A stretch of 64,000 bases of DNA from Bdellovibrio sp. (GTDB taxonomy: Bacteria > Bdellovibrionota > Bdellovibrionia > Bdellovibrionales > Bdellovibrionaceae): contig JAKFBS010000008.1 of assembly GCA_036677065.1 (NCBI GenBank), positions 32,001 to 96,000 on the forward strand, written 5' to 3'. The position numbers and the translations under genes are program-made. The notes beneath the pieces are model-generated. The model made no database searches and was not told the DNA's origin. It saw only the letters and a program-made list of their open reading frames with translations. Position 1 is the stretch's first letter. Every line of letters begins with the position of its first letter. Below are positions 1 through 9,768 of this stretch, one piece after another.

Positions 1-41
1 TTTAATTCGCGTTCTGCTTGTTTAAGTACGACGACTTGCAA
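1..41 (-). CDS. 5' end of a gene running off the window (MQVVVLKQAERELK...), possibly a RelE/ParE/HigB-type toxin
   Basis: TTG start at 41, GGAGG SD at 47-51; N-terminus resembles RelE-family starts; only 13 codons visible. Confidence 0.4.
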   Translation of the reverse strand, partial: MQVVVLKQAEREL

Positions 42-54
42 ATAAACCTCCTAT

Positions 55-83
55 AAAATATAACGGTTTCGTTATATTGTCAA
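55..83 (-). promoter_or_regulatory. sigma70 promoter with palindromic operator in the spacer
   Basis: TTGACA-N17-TATTTT on - strand; 9-bp inverted repeat AATATAACG-N4-CGTTATATT at 57-78. Confidence 0.7.
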
Positions 84-193
84 CTTTAACACTTACTTGC
101 TGAAAACAGCGTATAAAGGCCTTTACGCTGGTTTTGTACCAAGGCGTCGTTGAATAGGATTAGAGCTTAGGTTTAGATTCTCCGAAATACGGA

Positions 194-931
194 CTAAGAA
201 GTATGAAGCCGAGCTGTAAACACAGGTTTACCATCAGCAGCGCGCACGCCTTGAAACTGCGTGATCGCAGAATCTGGAGCATTCGTTTTCTGTAGCGTGA
301 CTTTATCGCCTGATTTAGTTTCGGCTAAAAAATTAATTTCATATTTATTTAATTGCACATCACCTTTTAAGATCTCAAGCGGGATCGCATCTAAAATCCA
401 CTGGGCATATTTGGTGTTATTCACATGATTATTCATATCCAGATCACTGTTGCGCACTTCAAATTGGGTGATCTCGGTGACATCGGCTTGCCAAAGAATT
501 TTTTCAGGTAATTCAGTGCGGTTATGATCATCGCGAAATACCGCACCTAACTTATTTAAATCAGGGGCTACCATTTTACGGGTGTTCATATCGATCACTG
601 AAAAAGTGCTGGTGCATTCGCCGATTTTTGTATCGCCGTTAAAAATTTCGTAATCACGAAAAAAGAAAACATCTGAAGTCGGTGTGCGCAGCCAGGTTTT
701 AATAGTGATCGTTTCATTCCACTTAGGCCAAGCCGTCATAGTTAAACTTTGGCGGGTAAAAACCCAGCCCTGATGCGGTTCAAGGTGAGCCCGCATTTGG
801 CGGGCGTGCATCCAGCCGACGTCTTGAATAAAGTTAAGCAGCGAGTAAAGACCTGCGCGCCCGCGTAAGTTTACAAAGTAAGAGGCAATTTTATAATCTT
901 CAGACCAAGTGTGCGGTTTTTGTGAATCCAT
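194..931 (-). CDS. acyl-ACP thioesterase (double hot-dog)
   Basis: DLDMNNHVNNTKY motif, FatA-like architecture. Confidence 0.9.
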   Translation of the reverse strand: MDSQKPHTWSEDYKIASYFVNLRGRAGLYSLLNFIQDVGWMHARQMRAHLEPHQGWVFTRQSLTMTAWPKWNETITIKTWLRTPTSDVFFFRDYEIFNGDTKIGECTSTFSVIDMNTRKMVAPDLNKLGAVFRDDHNRTELPEKILWQADVTEITQFEVRNSDLDMNNHVNNTKYAQWILDAIPLEILKGDVQLNKYEINFLAETKSGDKVTLQKTNAPDSAITQFQGVRAADGKPVFTARLHTS

Positions 932-961
932 GACCTATTGGACTATTAAGATAAATTATCG

Positions 962-1552
962 TCAAATTATAACACGCCTAATGCGGCTCAGCTGCACCGG
1001 GGTTACTCCTAAATAACTGGCAAGCGTAACTCCAGAAATTTCATCCGCGATCTGAGAGAACTCTTGGCGAAAATTTTCAAATCTTTCTTTGCCCGTGGTT
1101 GATAAAAGCTCGATTTCACGTTTTTCTTTAAAGATAAAAACTGAAGTCAAAAAACGATTGTAAGCTTTCGAAAATTCGTGAGAAGTCTCAAGTAAGCTGC
1201 GAATGTTTTCGATAGGAACTTTAAGAAACTGAACATCAGATAAAGTCTGCACAAAAAATTTATTGGTGCCTTTATTAAAGGTCACATCAAAACTGCCAAT
1301 TAAAAAAGAATCTTTATAAAAGGCCTTTGTTACTTCGCGGCCAGCTTCTGTTACGACGTAATAGCGAACAATGCCTTCCAGCAAGTATAAAATATGGGTA
1401 ACAGTGTCACCCATTTTGATCAGATGTTCATTTTTAGCAGCTGAAGTGATTTCGCAATGGTCTAATAAAAGGTTTTGCTCGGCCTGACTGAGTTTACCCA
1501 GGGGGTCTAAGAAGTTTAGAAATTTCTGTTGGGCTGAATTGGGCTTTTTCAT
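962..1552 (-). CDS. Crp/Fnr family transcriptional regulator
   Basis: cNMP-binding-like N-terminus; C-terminal LASYLGVTPVQLSRIR HTH. Confidence 0.9.
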   Translation of the reverse strand: MKKPNSAQQKFLNFLDPLGKLSQAEQNLLLDHCEITSAAKNEHLIKMGDTVTHILYLLEGIVRYYVVTEAGREVTKAFYKDSFLIGSFDVTFNKGTNKFFVQTLSDVQFLKVPIENIRSLLETSHEFSKAYNRFLTSVFIFKEKREIELLSTTGKERFENFRQEFSQIADEISGVTLASYLGVTPVQLSRIRRVII

Positions 1553-1636
1553 AAATCTTTCTTTAAAACCTTATCATATGTTAACGATTTTACACCTTTC
1601 AAAATCTATTCTGTATCTGAAAGGCAGTGAAATAAT

Positions 1637-2083
1637 ATGAGTGCGACATTAAAACAAGTGCAGGATAAACAAACTTTACAGAATCCGGGGTGGACCGGTG
1701 TGTTTGATGTGACCAGTGATCTAACTAACGGGAGGGTAGGTCTTTATACAATGAGCTACGCGGCCGGAGCAAACGGAGCCGAACCCCACTATCATAAAAA
1801 AATGCTAGAGATCTTTAACGTTCTTGAAGGGGCTATAGCTATCTTAATTAACGGCGACTGGCGCGTGGTTATGGCGGGTGAAACTGTGGTGATCCCGACG
1901 ATGACCATTCATGCCTTTAAACCGTTGGCTGATCGCGGTTGTAAGATACAAATTCTTTTTACTCCCAATATTAAGCGCGAAGATTTTTTCTTAAATTTTC
2001 ATTTATACACCGGTGCCAGTGACAAAGAAAAATATGAATTCTGGGCCAAGTACGATCAATACCCAGCAAAGGAGCTTTTATGA
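1637..2083 (+). CDS. cupin domain protein
   Basis: PHYH...E.F.VLEG and GETVVIP...HAF cupin motifs. Confidence 0.85.
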   Translation: MSATLKQVQDKQTLQNPGWTGVFDVTSDLTNGRVGLYTMSYAAGANGAEPHYHKKMLEIFNVLEGAIAILINGDWRVVMAGETVVIPTMTIHAFKPLADRGCKIQILFTPNIKREDFFLNFHLYTGASDKEKYEFWAKYDQYPAKELL

Positions 2084-2502
2084 GCCAAACACAAATTAAA
2101 GATATTAATTACAGTGAAGGTTATGATTCGCGTGAATACGGATATTCACAAGCTGTAGCAGTGACATCGCCGCAAGAAATTTTATATATCTCGGGGCAAG
2201 TCGGAATTTTATTTGCAAATGAACAAAGATCATTTTCAGGCCAGATTGAACTGGCCTATCAAAATCTGGAAAAAGTTTTACAAAGTGCGGGCATGAGCTT
2301 CGCCAACGTGGTCAAGGTGACCGAGCTTGTGGTTGGAAATTCACTAGAAAGACTTGCAGCCGTTAATAATAAGAAAAAAAAGATCTTTGAAAGATTTCCG
2401 GCCAGCACGTATATTCCTGTAGATTCACTAGCTTTACCGGGAATGCTTTTTGAAATTGAAGCCATTGCCGTTCGAAGTTTTATAAATGTAGCTAGCTTGT
2501 AA
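2080..2502 (+). CDS. RidA/YjgF/UK114 family protein
   Basis: YSQAV, LYISGQV, PAST, L..PGMLFEIEAIA motifs. Confidence 0.9.
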   Translation: MSQTQIKDINYSEGYDSREYGYSQAVAVTSPQEILYISGQVGILFANEQRSFSGQIELAYQNLEKVLQSAGMSFANVVKVTELVVGNSLERLAAVNNKKKKIFERFPASTYIPVDSLALPGMLFEIEAIAVRSFINVASL

Positions 2503-2509
2503 AATTAAG

Positions 2510-3409
2510 TTATTTCAACAACGGAGCCGTTAAGCTGATCCACTCGGCGTAAGGCACAACGTTAGTGTAAACACCGACGTCGTCGCAAAGAGCGCTTCCG
2601 CGGCTGGTAACACCAGTTAAATAAAGTTTACCCTCGACAGTTGCGTAAGCTGGGCCACCAGAGTCTCCGTTGCAAGTGCCATGGCCTGTAGATTCATCAA
2701 GATGAAATTCAGTTTCTTGCACCGAAGAAATTAAAGCATGCGTTTGTCGCAATTGTCCGTCGCCGCCCATATCAACAGTTACACAATCTGTAAGTTCTTC
2801 GTCAAAGCAGTAGATTTCGCCGTAGTCGATGGCATCTTGAAGATCTTTTACTTTTTTCGGGTCAATAGGTTCAGTATAGACATTTGCAACACCAAAGCCC
2901 GCGACTGTGATATCAACGCCGCGTTTTAAAATAGAATCATCGCCTAGAATTTCAGCTGGATGATAACCTTCAGGCAAAGTGCCTTCGAATTTAATAAGGG
3001 CGATGTCGCCGATGTCTGTTTCTTTATCTTCATTGGCAGGGTCAAGATATATAGGATTTGCTTTAGCATCAGTCACATCGCGCTGATAGAACATCGTGAT
3101 CAGCTGGTTTTTTGTATCGATGACTTTGTCTAAATTAACGTTAAAAATGATTTTCATTTTAGACGGATCCGAGTTTATGCAATGAGCAGCCGTAAGAACT
3201 AAATTAGGCCCAATCAATGACCCTGTGCAGATAGCTTGGTATTCGCTGTCATAGATGCCGACGATGCTGTAGCTAAGTTCGGCTTTATCCAGAACGGGTT
3301 CGCCACCAATAATGGGGTTCAGGTTATTTTGCGTGATGCTTGGGCTTTGAGTTGCATTTTGGCAGGCCATTAGAAACATGAACGAAAGTGTGATTAAAAG
3401 AATTCTCAA
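2510..3409 (-). CDS. trypsin-like (S1) serine protease lipoprotein
   Basis: lipobox LMAC, IIGG, LTAAHC, DIALIK, GDSGGP. Confidence 0.95.
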   Translation of the reverse strand: MRILLITLSFMFLMACQNATQSPSITQNNLNPIIGGEPVLDKAELSYSIVGIYDSEYQAICTGSLIGPNLVLTAAHCINSDPSKMKIIFNVNLDKVIDTKNQLITMFYQRDVTDAKANPIYLDPANEDKETDIGDIALIKFEGTLPEGYHPAEILGDDSILKRGVDITVAGFGVANVYTEPIDPKKVKDLQDAIDYGEIYCFDEELTDCVTVDMGGDGQLRQTHALISSVQETEFHLDESTGHGTCNGDSGGPAYATVEGKLYLTGVTSRGSALCDDVGVYTNVVPYAEWISLTAPLLK

Positions 3410-3508
3410 TGCAGGGCCCCTCTTTTTAAGAATTTTTTATAAAGACGAACTTACTAAACAGCAAGAAAAATATGATATAATTTCAAAGTATATTGATGGG
3501 AGTTTAAA

Positions 3509-4273
3509 ATGAAGCTAGTCAGCTGGAATGTAAATGGTATTCGTGCCTGCGCTAAAGGCGGTTTTCTAAAATGGTTCGAAAAAGAAAATGCCGACATCAT
3601 CTGTGTGCAAGAAATTAAAGCTACGCCTGATCAGTTAGAAGATAATCTGAAAAATCCATTAAAGTATCACGCCATCTGGAACCCGGCGCAAAAGCCAGGC
3701 TACAGCGGCACCGCGATCTTTTCTAAAAAAGAACCGCTCAGTGTGCAATTGGGTTTAGGGGATGCGCAGTTTGATAATGAAGGCCGCGTGATGATTGTTA
3801 AATACCCGAAATTCACTTTAATTAATTCATACTTTCCGAATTCACAGCGCGAACATACGCGTCTTCCGTACAAATTAGCTTTTTGCAAAAAGTTTTTAAA
3901 AACCGCTGAAGACTTACGTAAAAAAGGCGAGAACGTAATTATGTGTGCTGATTGGAATATCGCGCATCAAGAAATCGATCTTAAAAATCCAAAGACCAAT
4001 AAAAAAAACGCAGGCTTTTTACCTGAAGAGCGGGCGTGGATGGATGAGATGATCAAAAAGGGTTATGTCGATGCGTTTCGCCAATTTGAAAAAGGCGGCG
4101 ATCATTACACGTGGTGGAGTTACCGCCCTGGCGTGCGTGAGAAGAACGTTGGGTGGAGATTGGATTATTTTATGGCGAATGGTGAATTCAGCGATCGCTT
4201 GAAGGCATCGTACCACCGTAACGAAGTTTATGGATCAGATCATTGCCCGGTGGTTTTAGAATTAAAGAAATAG
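3509..4273 (+). CDS. xth: exodeoxyribonuclease III
   Basis: SWNVNGIRA, QEIK, YTWWSYR, GWRLDY, SDHCP. Confidence 0.95.
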   Translation: MKLVSWNVNGIRACAKGGFLKWFEKENADIICVQEIKATPDQLEDNLKNPLKYHAIWNPAQKPGYSGTAIFSKKEPLSVQLGLGDAQFDNEGRVMIVKYPKFTLINSYFPNSQREHTRLPYKLAFCKKFLKTAEDLRKKGENVIMCADWNIAHQEIDLKNPKTNKKNAGFLPEERAWMDEMIKKGYVDAFRQFEKGGDHYTWWSYRPGVREKNVGWRLDYFMANGEFSDRLKASYHRNEVYGSDHCPVVLELKK

Positions 4274-4274
4274 C

Positions 4275-4637
4275 TTAGTGAACATACGATTTCACGGCGT
4301 TTAAAAACCTTTCAACATGGATGGGTTTTTCCAGTTGCGCAGCCACTTTCATAGCGGCGAGTGTTTCTTCGGGAATATTAGCTGCTGATAATAGAATGAT
4401 TGGAATAGAACTGATCTGGCTGTCTTTGCTGGCGTTATCGCAAAATGTTTTTCCGTCCATGACGGGCATCATGTAATCAAGGATAATCACTTTTGGTTTG
4501 TGACCTGATTTTAAAATCTCAAGTGCAGTTTTACCGTTTTCTGCCCGTTTGACGGTGTAGCCTTCGCCCTCGAGAAGTTCGGCGATGCATTCTCTTAAAT
4601 CTGGTTCGTCATCTATTAATAAAATATCTGATGTCAT
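4275..4637 (-). CDS. single-domain response regulator
   Basis: ILLIDD, D.MMP.MDG, KP receiver motifs. Confidence 0.9.
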   Translation of the reverse strand: MTSDILLIDDEPDLRECIAELLEGEGYTVKRAENGKTALEILKSGHKPKVIILDYMMPVMDGKTFCDNASKDSQISSIPIILLSAANIPEETLAAMKVAAQLEKPIHVERFLNAVKSYVH

Positions 4638-6871
4638 TGTGTTGGCAATTCTACGCTAAAGACAGAGCCTTGGTGAAGGGTACTTGTCACCCAAACTTTG
4701 CCTTTTAATGCGGTTACGATTTCGTTTACAATCCAAAGCCCTAAACCCAAACCTTTATAGCTGGTTTCGCTGACAGCGCGTTCGAATCTTTCAAAGATTT
4801 TTTTCTGTTTATCTTCGGCGATGCCGATACCCTGATCGTGAACTTCTAAAAGTACATTTTGATTATTGCGACGAAGATGAATTTCAATGGGTTTTTTGTC
4901 GCCGTATTTGATGGCGTTTAAAATTAAATTTGTAATAATCTGTTCAAGTCTGAACTCATCCCAAAGACCAGTGATATCGGGTTCAATTTTTTTAATTAAA
5001 ACACAGCCTAACTTGGTGATTTCATCTTCAAATTTTTTACTTACATTTTCAACTAAGTTAGAAATGTTAACGTTAGGTTTTAAGTCTAGACGCATATGCC
5101 CGGCACCTATGCTGGTTACATCGAGTAAGTTTTTAATTAGGCTTTCAAGACGATCACCTTGCAATTTAGTTTTTTCAATCTGGGCCAAAAGTTTTTCTTT
5201 ATCAATAACGCCATCTAAAGATTTTGCAATAACGTATAAAGATAACTGTAATGTCGTCAGCGGAGTTTTTAATTCATGGGTGGCCACGGCAATAAATTCG
5301 TCGCGGGCATTCAATGCGCTTTTAAGATTATTTTCTAGCAGTTTTCTTTCGGTGATATTTTGCAGGGTGCCAGCCAAGCGAATAGGACGGCCTTCAGAAT
5401 CCTGTTCAATGACTGCGCCACGCGCGACAAACCAGCGCGGGTCGTTGCCGTTAGCCAAGCCTTGAAGATCGACTTCGTACGCACCACCGGTAGCAAGGGC
5501 TTCAGCCACCGCAACACTTAGTCTTTTCCAAGACTCTTCGGTGTAGAGTTTTGACTGTTCAACAAAAGGCAGGGGTGCAGATTCAGGATCTAAACCCAAA
5601 ATATCATAGATTTCTTGCGACCAATGAACGGTGTCGGTTTTTGCATCCCACTTCCAGCTTCCCATTTGCGCTACGTGCTGGGCGTAAACCAGATCGGCTT
5701 CGTTTACGGCAATTCGTTCTTGGGCCAATTTAACCATTCTTGCAGTTTCAAAATGTCGTAAAATAATAGAAACCAGGTTGGCTGCATGTTCGATGGTCTG
5801 AATATCGCGGGCTGACGGAGAATGTTGTACGGCATGATAGATCGCAAACGTGCCCAGCACTTCACCGGTAAGGGATTTAATAGGCTGCGACCAGCAAGAA
5901 GCTAAGTTTGCAGCTTTTGCCAGTTCACGATAATTAGCCCAAAGCGGATCGTTTTGAATATCATCGACGATGATTCTTTTACCTAAATAAGCGGCTGTTC
6001 CGCACGAACCAGCACTGGCACCAATATCTAAATGCGGGATGGCTTCGTTGTAAAAGCTGGGAAGCTTAGGGGCATAGACTTTTTCAAAGCGCTTTTTATC
6101 TTTATCAAGAAACAAGATGCTGCAAGTTGTATCGGGGTTAAGATCTTCGAAAAAGCCGATCAAGGTTTTATAAATCTTATCTAGCGGTTCTTTGTTAGAA
6201 AGTAATGTTAAAATCAGATTTACAAAGTGCTCTTGTTGCGAATCTTTTTTTTGCAGTGCTTTGTTGGTTTTTTTTAGCTGCAATTGAAAAGCAATATTAT
6301 CCAGTAATTGCCGTTTTAAAAAAACGTACTGCAGCAGGGTATAGATAATAAAAACGGCATAAGTGACAAAAATATAATTCGAATGGGCGATATCACGATT
6401 TAGCGAATGAATAGATACGCCAATCAGTGACGCAAACACCATCGCCAAAGTCGGAAAAAACAGCGTCGCATCAAGAGCTAGGGTAAAAATTGAATTCGCG
6501 ATGAAGCCACCCAGAAATGCAAAAAGCACAAAATAATGCGGGCTTGTCGGTTCGATATTAAAAACAGTGATCGTCAGGATGAGCGCAAGTAAAATGGCAT
6601 TAAGCCAATGGGTCAGTTTTGTGATAAACCAATAGTTTTCGTTTTCTGAAGCTTCAAGAAATTTATTTGAATAATAAACGCGAACACCCAATGACAGAAC
6701 AGTGATCACAGAACAAACCAAGATTATGACCTTATAGGTGGGTATGGCGAAAGCAAAATACACTGATAGCAGAAGCAGAAATAAAGTCGCCAAAGAGGCT
6801 CTGACATTACGCTTTGCTATTTCTTTTTTAATCAGTAGCAAAGTCAGCTTTGCATCTGTCACTTCTGTCAT
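4634..6871 (-). CDS. membrane GAF/PAS sensor histidine kinase
   Basis: N-terminal TM helices, GAF (GSCGTAAY), PAS, HELKTPLT, NAIKY, DQGIGI, GLGLGL. Confidence 0.93.
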   Translation of the reverse strand: MTEVTDAKLTLLLIKKEIAKRNVRASLATLFLLLLSVYFAFAIPTYKVIILVCSVITVLSLGVRVYYSNKFLEASENENYWFITKLTHWLNAILLALILTITVFNIEPTSPHYFVLFAFLGGFIANSIFTLALDATLFFPTLAMVFASLIGVSIHSLNRDIAHSNYIFVTYAVFIIYTLLQYVFLKRQLLDNIAFQLQLKKTNKALQKKDSQQEHFVNLILTLLSNKEPLDKIYKTLIGFFEDLNPDTTCSILFLDKDKKRFEKVYAPKLPSFYNEAIPHLDIGASAGSCGTAAYLGKRIIVDDIQNDPLWANYRELAKAANLASCWSQPIKSLTGEVLGTFAIYHAVQHSPSARDIQTIEHAANLVSIILRHFETARMVKLAQERIAVNEADLVYAQHVAQMGSWKWDAKTDTVHWSQEIYDILGLDPESAPLPFVEQSKLYTEESWKRLSVAVAEALATGGAYEVDLQGLANGNDPRWFVARGAVIEQDSEGRPIRLAGTLQNITERKLLENNLKSALNARDEFIAVATHELKTPLTTLQLSLYVIAKSLDGVIDKEKLLAQIEKTKLQGDRLESLIKNLLDVTSIGAGHMRLDLKPNVNISNLVENVSKKFEDEITKLGCVLIKKIEPDITGLWDEFRLEQIITNLILNAIKYGDKKPIEIHLRRNNQNVLLEVHDQGIGIAEDKQKKIFERFERAVSETSYKGLGLGLWIVNEIVTALKGKVWVTSTLHQGSVFSVELPTQ

Positions 6872-6959
6872 TTTGACCTCGCGATCAAACTTAACATTGT
6901 TTTAGGTGTTTGCCTACGCCATCCGACAGAATTTTTACAAAACGGGGCAGGAGTGGACT

Positions 6960-7886
6960 TTATTTATTTAAGCACGGCGTCGGTATAAAATACGGCTGGC
7001 CGTTTTTATCAAGCATTGAAATTTTAACTTGCGCGGGGTTATTCAGATCGACTTCTTGATAATACTTACGGTATTTGCGACCTAATTTTTTACGAACTAG
7101 ATTTTCAAAGTACACTGCGCGGTATTCGGTGACGTCATTGGCCTCCATATCATCGCCAATAACGCCGCGACGATCGACAAGGCCACGTACGCTATCAAAG
7201 CTATGAAAAAGTTCATGCGCGAATGCTGCAACCGCAGGAACAGGGCGTGCGACATGATCGCTTTCAATATACATTGTGTCTTCAGCATTCGGGTCAAAGC
7301 GCACGAAACCGCCTGCTCCGAATTGTTGAAACGTGCGACGTGGGTCTGCACCTTTTCTTAAAGTCGCAAAGTACTGCATAGCCGTAGATTCATCTAAGCC
7401 TGAATTTGGTTTGCCAGTGCTTCCGACAAATTCAAAGCGCGGGCCGCCAGTTTGTGTAAGTGTGATGGGGTATAACCCTTGCTGTAATAACGAGATCAGT
7501 CTTTCACCTTCAGGAAGCGTGCGAAGTATTTCGATTAAACCTAGAACTGCTTTTGTGTAATCATCTGAAATCTTAGCGATCTGTTGGCCCTTATGATCGA
7601 ATAAGGTGCCATCGATATAGGTTATTAGTTTGTTATTTCTAGAATTTAAAATTTTAAGCGAATCTTTTTTTGGGTTTGATTTGACTAGATCGGGTAATAG
7701 GATTTTTTCATTGCCGTTACAGGTGTTTAATTCGATCGCGTCTTGGTTGATCGAGATTTTTGATTTTAATTCATCGTGCGTCCAATTGCGAGAATCATTG
7801 GCTTCGCGTATCTGAAGGGTGTAAGGCGCGGGTGGAGGGTTTTGTGCGAAAGCTGTTGCTGTGGCTAAGATTAGAATTAAAAACAT
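6960..7886 (-). CDS. secreted HEXXH zinc metallopeptidase (M91/NleD-like), paralogue 1
   Basis: signal peptide, HELFH, EYRAVYFEN.VR..LG..YR.YY. Confidence 0.6.
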   Translation of the reverse strand: MFLILILATATAFAQNPPPAPYTLQIREANDSRNWTHDELKSKISINQDAIELNTCNGNEKILLPDLVKSNPKKDSLKILNSRNNKLITYIDGTLFDHKGQQIAKISDDYTKAVLGLIEILRTLPEGERLISLLQQGLYPITLTQTGGPRFEFVGSTGKPNSGLDESTAMQYFATLRKGADPRRTFQQFGAGGFVRFDPNAEDTMYIESDHVARPVPAVAAFAHELFHSFDSVRGLVDRRGVIGDDMEANDVTEYRAVYFENLVRKKLGRKYRKYYQEVDLNNPAQVKISMLDKNGQPYFIPTPCLNK

Positions 7887-8707
7887 TAGTCCTCCGAACT
7901 TTCGAAAAGTATTTCTGTAATTTCTTTGTGGAAATCTCGCGGTTTCGGGGGATCAGCTCGGTGTTGGCCCATCCACCAGAACCCGGTTTCTTTAGCGATA
8001 AGCCATTTGTCGAAATCTATGAATTTTAAACGTTTGTTGGCGATCATGAAATCCATGTCCATGACTGTTAAGCCAAGATCTAGAAATGCGGTGGTGGCTT
8101 GTTCGATTTGTGCTTTCATCTGCGGAGTAGGTTCTACGGGTTTGTCTGGGTTGTGGCCTTTTTTATGATATTCAGGATGAATGCGCTCCATGATGACTAC
8201 TGCTGAATACGGTGTGGTTTGTATATTTGCTGATTCGAACCAGTGTGCTGCTTGGTTTTCTGCGGCGAATCCGTAAGGCTTGGGGCCGTAGCCAAGTGTG
8301 TGAACTGCGTCCATGACTGCGACTGATTGGTTTACTAATGCTTTTACAGCTTTTTGAATAGTTTCAGGTGTGGCTTCTGCTAATTGATTACGTAAAGACA
8401 TTGCGTAGTAAAATTTGACGACAATTGGTTGGCCCTTGTAAGTACCGAAACGGACTTCGCCGTCGGCGCCGCGCTCGGTATCTTTTAGGTTTGCTTCCCA
8501 TACGATGTCTTCAGGGCGTAGCTTTGTTTCGTATGTGAGGATTTCGGGATGGAATTTTCTAAGTTTAGTGTTGGCTTTTTCTAGGCGCGATTCGAAAGTT
8601 ATTTTTGTTACGGGAGCGGTTTTTTTAGCGTCTGAAAAAAGCGCTGAACATTGGTTTGCGAAAGATGGGGAACTTAGCAAAATAGGAAGTAACATTAAAA
8701 ATCTCAT
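7886..8707 (-). CDS. secreted protein-kinase-like fold protein
   Basis: likely start MRFL (8707) with signal peptide; GADGEV Gly loop, VVK lysine, IMERI hinge, IDFD. Confidence 0.55.
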   Translation of the reverse strand: MRFLMLLPILLSSPSFANQCSALFSDAKKTAPVTKITFESRLEKANTKLRKFHPEILTYETKLRPEDIVWEANLKDTERGADGEVRFGTYKGQPIVVKFYYAMSLRNQLAEATPETIQKAVKALVNQSVAVMDAVHTLGYGPKPYGFAAENQAAHWFESANIQTTPYSAVVIMERIHPEYHKKGHNPDKPVEPTPQMKAQIEQATTAFLDLGLTVMDMDFMIANKRLKFIDFDKWLIAKETGFWWMGQHRADPPKPRDFHKEITEILFESSED

Positions 8708-8870
8708 AATGAGACTGGCTGCAGATTGTGATGAGATTTTTACGAAGCTTTGCATACCCAAATTCTTTGCGAAGTTTGGGCCTGTTATAGCTGGTAGGTT
8801 ATATATAATAGGGCGTGAGTGAGAACTAACCGTTAAGTGACGCTATTTGTTTTACAGAATTGTGTTAATT

Positions 8871-9692
8871 CTAGCCAATGACACTTTTTTTATGATCGAC
8901 ATTATTAACTTTAAACTTTTTAATCACGGCGATAAATGCAGGACCATATTTTTGGTACTTCCTTGGACCGATAGTTTTTAACATCAGCGCATCGTTATCA
9001 GGCATAACCTGGGCCATTCTGTGCAATGTTTTGTCGTAAAATATCATATAAGCCGGATTGTTTTCTTCGCGAGCAATTCGTAGTCTTTCTTTTCGTAATT
9101 CTTCAAAAAGAAGATTGGAATCGTATGCATCAGTAGGTGAATCTGTAGTTACTATCTCTTCGTTATGATTGTTCGAGAGTTCGGTAGGTTTTTCTATTAC
9201 TCTAGATTTTTCAGAAAAAATTTGTTCCAACAAAATGCCGTCGTAGTCATTAGTTAAAATTTGTCTTTGATGTTTAGGGTGTGGGTATCTTCCTGTTTTT
9301 GTTCTTTTCCAGCTTAGCCATGAATGAAACAACTCGTGTTTATGGGAATCCATTAAACAGAGATTAATTATAGAATTGTCAGTTCTTCTGCCATTGATAT
9401 GATGGACAACCTCATTAGGTTTTAAATCACGATTCAAAAGTTGTTTTGCGATGTACCGATGTGCGAGTTCATTTTCTTTTACTAAAACTACATATCCTCT
9501 TTCGTTGACATATGTTTTCGAGGCTTGGTTGGATGTGATGTTCATCCAAATACACCAGACAATAAAAGCGAAGATACTTATGATTACATTTACATAAGCA
9601 GGTAAAGTTGAAGCTAGAAGTACAAGGCTGCTAATTGCTACAAGGGCAAATAGGGCTTTTACTTGTTTTATTGTTCGATTAAGCTTGCGCAT
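8871..9692 (-). CDS. membrane-anchored HNH endonuclease-HRDC fusion
   Basis: two N-terminal hydrophobic helices; AHR...VVHHING...DN...NL (HNH_3-like); C-terminal LFEELR..R..IAREEN.PAYMIF.DKTL..MA (HRDC). Confidence 0.8.
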   Translation of the reverse strand: MRKLNRTIKQVKALFALVAISSLVLLASTLPAYVNVIISIFAFIVWCIWMNITSNQASKTYVNERGYVVLVKENELAHRYIAKQLLNRDLKPNEVVHHINGRRTDNSIINLCLMDSHKHELFHSWLSWKRTKTGRYPHPKHQRQILTNDYDGILLEQIFSEKSRVIEKPTELSNNHNEEIVTTDSPTDAYDSNLLFEELRKERLRIAREENNPAYMIFYDKTLHRMAQVMPDNDALMLKTIGPRKYQKYGPAFIAVIKKFKVNNVDHKKSVIG

Positions 9693-9768
9693 GATAAGTT
9701 GCTTATCGAATTGTAAAGGTCTTATCTACATCGGACCTTTGTCTTGTAAATAATTTTAAATTGGGTCG

